Positions 54,301 through 64,000 of a stretch of DNA of 64,000 nt are shown piece by piece (the first letter of the stretch is position 1; the number at the start of each line of letters is the position of its first letter). The notes beneath the pieces are model-generated. The model saw nothing but the letters and a program-made list of their open reading frames with translations, was not told where the DNA came from and did not search any database. The stretch comes from Toensbergia leucococca (taxonomy: Eukaryota): contig JALDZS010000120.1 of the NCBI GenBank assembly GCA_022813965.1, positions 1 through 64,000 of the forward strand. Direction: 5' to 3'. A program made the position numbers and the translations under genes.

Positions 54301-55004
54301 GGAGGCCCATGACACCAGAGCGTTGCCGGGACCGTAGTAGTTCCATCGTCATTCAGAAGTCCATTCTGCCACTCGTAGTACTGGTCGCTGTTGAGGACTG
54401 CGTCAAGAGTGCCTTTTTGAAAACTCTTGGCGTGATCACGGTGGGCCTCCAACTGAGTTTCATTGATAATCCACTGGAAGATGTCCTGTTTCTTGACGTA
54501 TGCTTGAAGCTCGTCTACGTGACTCTGGAGATCGGTCAGTGATGACTGCAAATCCCAGATTCCCTTATTATGCTGTTCCATGGAGTCAATCGAGGTAGCG
54601 GTGCAAAGCTGATCACAGCAGTCCCGAAGCTTGGCCATAGGCTTCTGTAGCTCCTTTTTCTTGAACGCTTTCTTGACGCGGGCCCAGCTATGCACTTTGG
54701 CGGCTTCTGATGACATCTTAAGCTCATCCGACAACTGATACAGGTATTTTCTACATAACGCGAGCTGTTCAAAGATGATATCTCGGCTATTGGATGTAGA
54801 AGCGTCAGTATCGGACAGCTTGTGAAGTCGTTGAAGAAGGCTGTAGGCGGCATTGATAATTTCCTCCCCTGTTTTGGCTTGCTGTACGAGTAGTTCAAGT
54901 TCCTCTGGGGTACTTTGATAGTCTTTGCAGAAGCCTCGGACTGCTTTCCCAATGCTGATAGCAGCAGAAATGGCGCTTAGCGCCAGTGACGCCGGGTCGG
55001 CCAT
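51351..55004 (-). pseudogene. HeLo-like N-terminal domain + NACHT + ankyrin NLR, interrupted by in-frame TGA
   Basis: MADPASLALSAISAAI N-terminus, Walker A GPPGACKS, Walker B FILVDALDE, GVFLLAEL, ankyrin repeats (GKTPLD, EAPLQLA). Single frame with TGA at 53562-53564 and 51549-51551. Confidence 0.8.
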
Positions 55005-55863
55005 GGTTCATTTGATAAACAAAGTTATGGAAGATAATCGGTGCAAAGAACGAGCAATGTGACGACCTCTACCAAATTGGAGTAAAGCTGTAGGACAGAA
55101 GCATCTCAGAGCTAGAAAACAATTGCAATCGCAAGAAGGTCTCGAGTGTGGGACAGAATTGACGCAGAGATGGATTGCGATGAGCTGGGGATAAGTACAC
55201 TGTAGAAAGGTAGCTTCTATATCATTGGCATCAGTCGATCAGTCTAGAATACGGCACGGGAATGAAGTGGATCTCTTCCTCTGGCGGCATGTCCGCAGTC
55301 ATTGACAGTCATTGCCAGTCATTAGCAGTGAGGCGAAATTGCAGGGGCGTAATCGTGGTTTGAATCGGCTTGAGAGTCGAGGGTCACACAGGCCACAGCC
55401 TCATCACACATTAGCAGTCTCATTCCATGTAATGCACTGCATGAACAAGACCGCTATTGATTACACTGCCCGGTAATTGACACCCCCACCTCATCGCCAT
55501 CATGAATCTTGATCAACCCACGGGTGAAGAGGTGACCGATGGAGGGTCAAGACAAGCCTGATGAGGGTAGAGAAGCTGAACGCAATTGTACATACCTAAT
55601 TTCAAAAAGGTAAGGAGGTTGAGTCGTAATGTGGTGCCGAGTTTCGAGGTTTGCATCATTATTGCCTGATTGGGTTAGTAAAGGGGGCTGTACGGAGTAC
55701 CTACCTTAGGGCTGTCGAAAGGGAGGGTTCGGGCAGCATTTTTCGAATCTACTTGATGCACCTCACTTTAAATTCTACAAAATTCATCAGGCACGATTGT
55801 GCTTGAGTTCATATCGAGGTCGTGGAAATAAACTATACCTGCCTAAGAGTTCAACAAGCACTA

Positions 55864-57811
55864 TCAAAATCCCCCCTTATCCTGCGCCTTCTTCACCATC
55901 CCAATCGCCCCCTTTACCCACCCCACCGGAGCACTCGGTTTCCCCATACTCCCCTCGGCCTCATTCCCCTGCTCATCCCTCCACATGCCATCATTCCCTC
56001 CCTTCCCAAACCGCCACGTATTCTGGTTCCGCTCAATGCCCTCTTTCCACTTCCGACAGACCTCCTCACTATCAATCAGAATATTCATCTCCTGGCTATG
56101 ACACCAACTCTGCGTGTCCTGGTTCCCACTGCCCTGGATCCCAATGTGCCCGTCTGCAATCAGCAATTTGATATGGCAGCTCCTCTGTTTGAAGTTGTGA
56201 TGTATCGGCTTATCTTGATCTTTCCCGACGTAGTAGCATACCGTTAGGTTTTGCCGTTCGGAAGCGGAGAGGCCGCTGGCAAGTTTGGAGGCGAACATCT
56301 CATTCGTGCCCCCTTGGCCCGGCATGATTTCGCCGGCGTCGTTGTAGCCGAGGCAGACGTAGTATACAATCTCTACCCCACGCTTGAGAGCTGCAACGAT
56401 GGCATCGTGGAGAGGTACTGCGTTGAGATCGGGTGTTTGGATGAAGATGGACCTTTGCGCGTTCCGGATGCAGGAGAGCCAGGCTTCGTTCTGCGGGACG
56501 AACACGTTGCTATTGCTGGGAGGACCATAGGGCGGGCGCGAAACGAGTGCGATTGGGAAGGGTGATGGTGTGGAGATGGGGATGTAGGGAGTGAATGCTT
56601 CGCCCTCTGCGATTTCCGGCGCGTGAGGGGGAATAGGTTTGGTGCACGCAAGGTTGAGCTGTCGACTTGTGGCTTGGAGGCGTGATTCATTGGGGTGACA
56701 GGAGTAGCATGACTGCATGCGGGTGATTTCTGAGCCAAGGTCCGGGTCGTAGTGTGGATCACCTGGCATGTGCTCTGGAAGCTGTGCTACTTGCCCGTCC
56801 TTGACAATTTCTTCTTGTTCGCGGGCTGCGGGGCGATCTGTGTAGACAAGCTCTTTTTGACTCGGACTAGAAATGGTGAGGCCGCCTTCACCTGCAGGAG
56901 CATTGGAGCTCGGGAGGGTAGGGCTGAGGACATTACCCCATGTCAGAAGTGCAGTGTCGTAGATGGAGTCGACGATAGGGCCTTCGAGATGTGTCATCAT
57001 TTCCATATTGTCATTATCTTCCATGTTGTTGCTCTCAATGACGCTGATCTTCCTGTCCACCACCATAAACTTGGCATGAAGGGTCCCGAGTAAAGGCTTG
57101 TGGAAGTTGATCGCTTCAAAGTCGAGATGCGGCATTTCCTCGGGCTTAGGCAATTGAATCCCTTTCCTGTGAAGGTCAGATCATGATTTCCCGACATGGC
57201 TCTAAAACAGAGAGAACATACCCCGAGTACACGTCCGCCGGAACCTTTTGACGACAATTCTTGACATGAGCAGGACCAGCTTTATCGTACATGACCTTGA
57301 CCACGACCCGCTCACCTCTGCTCCCAGCCCTTCTAGACAATTCCTTCAACGCATCGCTGATCAGCTTCGAGGCGACCGAAGGCGACCACGAGCAAGTGAT
57401 CAAGATGACTTCTTTCTCGGCTCTCACGATTAGGTTTGACATATGCCTGATGATATCTGCCAGCGGGGCAATGACAGTCAGAGGTATGGTTCCATGACTG
57501 CCCATCAGAGGCGGTGAAACCATACTTCCCAGAGGGTCGGCATCCAGGCAGTGCAAGACATCGTGGTAGACTTTCAGAAAGAAGGCGCTGGGCTTTCGAG
57601 GGCCCCATTTTCCGCATTGAAGAGCTCGCTCTAGGTCTGTCACTGATGCTATGGGGCGGTCGACGCCGGAGGCGTCATGCACACTGGTCCGCTTGTGGTG
57701 TCCATATAATCTTTCGACAACTTCGGTGGGAGCTTCTGAAGGCTTTTCTGCAATGACAGAGCTGATGGTCTGCTGCTCGTGGCAGAGTTTGAAGACATGA
57801 TCTGAGACCAT
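55864..57811 (-). CDS. Phospholipase D-superfamily protein with two HKD motifs
   Basis: LHAKFMVVD...SNN and CHIKLLIAD...GSGNQD. One intron near 57222-57170. Confidence 0.9.
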
Positions 57812-58637
57812 GCTGCTGGTCAAATTTCGGCGTCGTGCGTGGTTCCAATTTGACAATGGAGTGCCTGCCCCACGAAAATCACAGAATCAACAGGATCAAA
57901 GATCACAACTATTTTATTGCCACAGCATTTGCTCAGTAACAACGATGGCTCAGAATCCCTAATTATTGTCTGGGCTCTATATATGCTCAGCTGATATACT
58001 CATGATTCTTGTTTTTGTACAAGAATTCATGGTTTCCATGATAGTGAAGCTCCAGCAGCTAGGTACGTAAGCTCGAAGCTACTCGTACTTCCAAGGTGAC
58101 GTCACTGGTTGAATTCGTGAGATAACTTCACACTTCAGCAAAACATCACATATTCTATGTTATGAAAGAATCACTCCCCTTTCTCATTCAAGAGCAAATT
58201 AGTGACTGATATCTCATCACTGTCTGCCTTGTTGTCTCTCATTGTAATAAGATGTATTATGTTCAAGCATTTCAATTTGTTTGCTCTACATTTAAGAATT
58301 AAGATATTATCCTGATTGATTGATTGGTCGCCCCGCTCAGGTGATGGATGCCACCCTAAGACGTGGCTGTAGGTTGCCCGGGCTACTTGCAGAATTGCAG
58401 ACTGGCAGGATGCCTGAATGGTTATGAGTAGCAGGGCTTTGTTAAGTCCTAATCGGTGACGGATTCCTGTTTTCTCTCACTTGCCGCTAGAAGAGGACTA
58501 GAATACCTACCCACTCTACCTTACCTAGGGCCTTGTACGGATAGCTTGGCGTCCTTATCGTCTATTTACTTCGCGTCTACCGCCGCGACACTCGTCATCG
58601 TCGAGTCGCGCAGTCCCCACCTCTACAAACAATACCA

Positions 58638-60345
58638 ATGAGTTCAATCTTACCTTCTCCCCAGGAACCATCCAGTGCCCCATGCCTCCTCCATGAATAT
58701 CATACCCCCACACCTGAACTATCTTACATAACGACTATTGCCGACAACGACAATGACGACGCTGACCTACCTCCGCCGCTACCACTTCCTCAAGTCCGCC
58801 CATCCCTCAAGACCATTGGCAGAAAACGTACCAGAGACGACTTTCTTGCCGATTCCAGTGACCCTCCTCTTTTCTCCAGCGATGATCTACCCGCTTCGTC
58901 GGAAAATTATGTACAGCACCGAGTGAAGCGGCAATCTCGCCAAACATGGTGGGGAGATAGGACTGGAAAAGAAGGTCATGTTTGCCATGGCAGACGGGAA
59001 AAACGCCAGTTCAAAAGGACCGTCGATAGTGGTGTGTGGATGGGTAGCGAAGATTCCGACCATAGTCACGACAAAATGGACAAAGGAGATGCATTTCACA
59101 ACTCTGTGCCCGTACTCGATGAGAACCGACAGCATTCTATTATGAGGACATTTGTAGAGGAATCGGTGGATTCGAGGCATCGAGATACCTCGTTGTTTCC
59201 ACCTGGACAGCCGGACCCTCAAGACGTGGAGCGTTTGCGATCCTTACAAAACTCCGCCTTGATGATTGTGCAGGACTGTGTGGAGAATGGTAGGGAGTCT
59301 GTGGATCTCTCGTAAGTTGTTGCATCTAGTGTGATGGAGCAAAGCTAAATGATGGCATAGGTGGCATAATCTTTGCGAGGTATGGGGGTCGACTCTGAGG
59401 CCACTGCGATACTTGACAAAGCAATCTCAATCCACTACATACCCACCCAGTCAGGAAGCCTATGGGCCCTTGACTCCTTCCTTGTGTCTCTATCTACCCT
59501 ACAATAATCTTACGAATCTACCAGGAGAACTCTTCAATATTACCAATCTCACTGTGCTCAGCCTACGCCAGAATCATCTCAAAGAATTACCCCCGGCAAT
59601 CTCAAAGTTGTCACATCTTCAAGAACTAAATCTAAGTACTAACGCGCTCCAATGGCTTCCTTGGGAGATCTTGGATCTTGTACGAGGCTATCTTGAAATA
59701 TTGAATGTCCTCCCCAACCCCTTTGTCCAGCCCCTCCCACCTCACGGTGGTAAAGTCATTAATAGACCTGCTTGTGGAGTACATGATTGGACACCCTACC
59801 CAATTGCTTCGACCGGAGTTGCTTTTCTGGGTGTCGACGGTACGCCATGCCGTGATTCACCACCTGCCCCATCACAACACCCGGACTTCATCTCTCCATC
59901 TCGTGGAGCAACTGGCTGGCAGAAGACCGTTGTGTCGAAAGGAAAACATCACCCTGCTCCATCACTGCTAGAAGTTGCCCTTCGAGAATGCAGTAAATCA
60001 TCCGACCTGAGTCAGATGATCTTGGAACTCCCAGACGATTCTCCCCCTTCTCTACCACTCTTACTTGAACAGGCATTGAGAGTCAAAGAAACCGGTGGTA
60101 CACTATGCTCAGTATGTGAAAGAGACTACATTATCCCTCGGACGGAATGGATTGAGTGGTGGGACTGTATATCTCCACCCCTCAACAGAAGCGTCGAGTT
60201 CGGACCCGAAGATGCGATTCCACTCATGCGTCGAGGGTGTAGCTGGAAGTGCGTGCCGAGCTTAAAATCCATCCCGGTGGAGAACAGAGGCTGTGGTTGG
60301 TCTTCTATGCCCATGGGTCTTCCGCAGCATTGGACTGTTCGATGA
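58638..60345 (+). CDS. Leucine-rich repeat protein
   Basis: LYLPYNNLTNLP, LSLRQNHLKELP, LNLSTNALQWLP, C-terminal CxxC...GCSWKC. Intron 59312-59360. Confidence 0.85.
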
Positions 60346-60638
60346 TCTCATGCACTAATATGACATTTGATTGCATCGTAAGTATTTATTTGGCCCGGTA
60401 GAGCGTCTGCCTTGGCTAGATTATGTTACGTATTACGTATACTCCTAGGAGTAGTATCCTGCGCATAAATGAATTCATGTGATCTTATTCCAGCGCTTTT
60501 ACAGACACAGCCATCTATACACTCTGAAGGTTACCAAGACTGCATTGTGATGAATGAAATTGAAAGAAGTTCAAAATGTTTTGGTACATATTCAGACGCG
60601 TGCTCACCTTGCATGAATGGCTAATTCTGAATAGTGAG

Positions 60639-61570
60639 ATGAAGCCACCGATATGCACAACCGTACGCAGCCTCACTCCAGACCGTTGGACATTGGGCTC
60701 CTCAAAATCCGTGAACGAGCCACCACAACAACAAATCCTCCAAACGCCATCGCCAGCTGGGAAGAAGACGGAGAAGGCGGCACCTTCCATCTCCGTGAAC
60801 GACAGGCAGAGGACGATGACGACCATTTGTTGCCCGAGGACAGCAGCATAGAAGCAGGATTGGTACACCAAGGCGGCACCTCCGCCGCGGTGTGGAGCAT
60901 CGGCACCAGTGCCTTTTGCAAGGTCAAGGCCTGGTGCGAAGGATTGGAACCTGAGAATGATATCATTCACTGCTCACTGCGTGACCAGAATGCTCCCAGT
61001 GTTCCTGTTACAGAGGTTTTGTATTCCTGGCTCGATCATGATTGGAACCGGTCTTTTCCCCTCCTGAAGCGCGTCCCTGGACAGACATTGCGAAAGGCCT
61101 GGCCCAGCCTTTCCGCAGCGCAGAACGAGACGGTTGCTGCGCAGATTGCGGGGGTTTGTTCTAGGCTTGCGGGGATTACTTCGCGCGTGTTTGGGAGTGC
61201 GATCGGTTGTGGCGTTCTGGAACCGCTTTTGATGGTGGGTGGCTGCGGGATCTGTTCATCCGTCGTGGATGCCTAGACCTCTAGGCCCCTTTTCTCTGAG
61301 GGATTTCAATGATCACGTTTTACAATATTCAATCATACCGCGTCCTGGTGTTGGGAGTTTCTTGCACTTCTATCACGCTGATCTTGGACCGCGCAATATT
61401 ATGGTTTGGGGAGATGGCGATGTGCTCGGGATCCTGGATTGGGAATCTGCGGGGTTTTATCCGCGAGGATGGGTTGTGTTGAAGCCTTTGCTCAGCGCTT
61501 GATTTTATCGCGACTTTAGGAATGGAACGGAGAAGGAGGTGTGGCGCGGTCTTCTGAGAAGCGAATTTAA
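60639..61570 (+). pseudogene. Aminoglycoside-phosphotransferase/choline-kinase-like pseudogene
   Basis: FCKVKAW, FYHADLGPRNIMV and GILDWESAGFYP are split over three frames (shifts near 60705 and 61240), plus TGA at 61500. Confidence 0.8.
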
Positions 61571-61727
61571 ATCATTCAAAGGTGTGAAAGATTAATATTG
61601 ATTACAGCGCTGATGTCAAGTGTGATGTCAGTGAACCTCCCTTCCCCTGCTTGAATATGAGGCGTCAAAAACGTCATAGGTCAGTGTTTTCTTTAGATCT
61701 TTGTACCTTGCTTTCACCCCCTGTCTG

Positions 61728-61748
61728 ACACACACACACACACACACA
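61728..61748. repeat. (CA)n microsatellite
   Basis: Directly visible. Confidence 0.9.
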
Positions 61749-62464
61749 TCACATTAAAAAAACACTCATAATCTATCCTTCACTTCTACCCTCCATCAAA
61801 CTCCCCTCTACTCCCTCAAATCTCACTCACCTCTCCTCTCACACGTCTCAGACAAATTAAAAAATAAAGCACACAGATACCATCAAAAGCAAACTCAAGT
61901 AGGTGTGAGATGCGTTTGATTTATTTTTAAAAGAAGTCATGTGTGTGTGACAACTAATACTACGAGCCAAGTGGGGGAACGGAACCCTGATCGGCGATTA
62001 TTCCTTCCCCCCCCCCCCCACAAAATGAGATTGGGAATCACTCCTAGGATGGGACAGGGGGGGAATTTGAAAGGCATTTTGGCGCGGTCCCGGCTCGGCG
62101 GCTGGTACTGGGCTAGAGTTATTGGGCGGGTGGTTGCTGCCTTGCTGCCTGGAATTGTGACGGGGGGATGGGAGTTGGTAAAAGGGTTCTGTTGGCTCGT
62201 TGTATGAGGATCTATGGACAGGAATTCTGCTTGGTCGTTGCATGACGGAATCAAGCGCCCTTTTTTTACGGGGTAGAGGAGCTGCATCAATAGTAACTTG
62301 GCCGTTCCAACATCTCTTTCTTTCTTTCTGCGACTTCTCGCTCACATTTCTGTGACTTGGCCTTTTGGGCTTTTGCTTTTTGGTGGAGATATCAATTAGT
62401 TACATTTCAGTGATTTTTTTTTAAAAAAGAGCTAGACGCCAAATAAAACCACCCCTGAACGCTC

Positions 62465-63269
62465 ATGGCTATGAAAGAGAATCGCAGAAGAAGGATCTTC
62501 AACCGCCTCAGCAAGGCCTTCTGGATCCTCGAGATCCTCGAATTGATCCTCGCCATCCTGATTTTGGCCTTCACGGGTTCTGCCTCTCAAGGCTTCACGC
62601 GCGATCTTCGATATCCAACCGTGCCGGGAAAGCTCGTTTACAACGTCTTTATAGTACGTATATTATGTTTACCCCAATTTCCCCGCGGTCTTCACGAGCT
62701 GATGTACGCTGTTCCCTTTTCTGCAGGCTGCGTTTACGATGGTTAGCTTGGCGATCATGATTCCTCTCGATGTGTGGCGACCGCAGACGTGGGGACGCTG
62801 GAATATGATCTTCATGCCCTGGCCGCGGGTTGCCGTGAACGTGGTCTTTGTCGTCACCTGGGCGGGCGCCATCGGATCTGCTTTCTATACATGCGGTGAG
62901 CTCTGCTCGGCGGCAGAGTCCAATTTTGGATGCTTGACATACGCAACACTCAGCTGCGACTGCAGCCTACGGGCGTTCGGCATATGCGACTTGACACGCC
63001 GAGTTTATTTTGAGCAGCGCAGCTACCGATACGAGGCAACTCAGGCCTTGGATGCTTTGATCTTGTAAGTCGCTGTTATGCCAATGCTAGCGTATAGTGC
63101 CTGACTTTGATGGAGCGCCACGTTCTTGTTCTCGACAGGCCTTTTGGTTGGCTTTCATTGGGTGAGAGAGTCTCGTGGCGTTGTTGGGCACGACCTTGGG
63201 CCAGTACGAGGCGCTGTTGAGAACAGTGTTGGACAAGTGGCTGGTGGGGGCGGTGACGGGACTAATTGA
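62465..63269 (+). CDS. Four-helix membrane protein (MARVEL-like) with a Cys-rich loop
   Basis: Four hydrophobic segments over three exons. Introns at ~62653-62727 and 63065-63115. The second acceptor is weak (GAG). Confidence 0.6.
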
Positions 63270-63450
63270 CTAGACTTCAGTCGTTGGCGGGCTTCAACTT
63301 GAAAAGCATGGAAGCCACCAGGACTTTGCAATTGGGTATCTCCTTGATATTCGGAGGAACGAATATTGTACTTGTGGTAGTGAATTTTCACCTCAGGCGG
63401 AAACATTTGATTGAGACTACTAATGTCTGGCTCCATCCTGATCTGAAGGC

Positions 63451-64000
63451 TCACATCATGATACATTTCTCTTTCTTTCTAGGTTCGCCATCGTCCGAAT
63501 CGCTACTGTATGATCTTTGAAGCGTGGGCCTGGAAGGCTGGTGGCCATGGCGGCGACCTTGATCCACATGACCGGAGACAGAAGTACCTTGTCCATGAAG
63601 AGGCTGGTTAAAACCTTGCCTCATAAATTCACCTTGAGTAGTTGTCGCCAAGTCATGGGAGAGCAAACTATTATAAAAGTAAATGGTGGGATTGCGCAAG
63701 CCTAGCATGCGCTTGTCAAACCAGATATGCTATACTCATCATTCCCTTAAGCCTTACCACCAAAGTGACCGTCTCCACTGAAATGATAAAATGACCCGTC
63801 CCCGGAATTGACCTGCTGAATCCCTGATCCGGGATTAGCAAAGTTGTGTCCGCTACTGTGATGGGTCTGGTTGACTGATCCTGTTTCGTCAGCGATAAAA
63901 GAAGGCATTTCGCCTATATCTTTAATCGCATCTTCGAGCTCCTTAACTTGGTTTTCCGTCGCCGTTTCCATCATTCTATTGGATGTCACCACCCATATGT
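63451..64000 (-). CDS. 3' part of a SesA-like protein with an amyloid-like G/N/Q/S motif; spliced form ends in polybasic-CaaX
   Basis: QVKELEDAIKDIGEMPSFI (SesA-like last helix), then NQTHHSSGHNFANPGSGIQQVNSGDGSFYHF. Intron 63757-63702 joins in frame to an exon ending RKKEKCIMM*. The 5' end lies outside the window. Confidence 0.6.

Overview
Eukaryotic DNA from a filamentous ascomycete (Pezizomycotina), judged from short GT-AG introns with CTRAC branch points and from gene content. Most real genes are spliced, so the ORF track fragments them. The window has three zones. (1) 0.1-12.2 kb is an accessory, mutation-scarred island. It holds AT-rich relics, a spliced caspase-like/AT-hook/Myb fusion gene, a truncated modin-like gene, a membrane-protein gene, a TA-flanked TIR element, a NACHT N-terminal relic, and two duplicated non-coding modules that each sit upstream of unrelated genes. 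(2) 12.2-46 kb is a housekeeping block: CECR5-type HAD hydrolase, casein kinase I, Zn-dependent dehydrogenase, Raptor/Kog1, Tea1/Kel1, aspartyl-tRNA synthetase with Gcn4/CpcA sites, Gemin2-like, gamma-COP, phosducin-like, RsmA/Fcr3-like bZIP and an intron-containing tRNA-Glu. (3) 46-64 kb is a more variable block: amidase, metaxin/GST-like, a HeLo-like-NACHT-ankyrin NLR broken by in-frame TGA, PLD, LRR, an APH pseudogene, a membrane protein, and at the right edge a SesA-like protein whose amyloid-like motif can be spliced to a polybasic-CaaX tail. Family assignments come from motif recognition, not database searches. Exon boundaries were read by eye.
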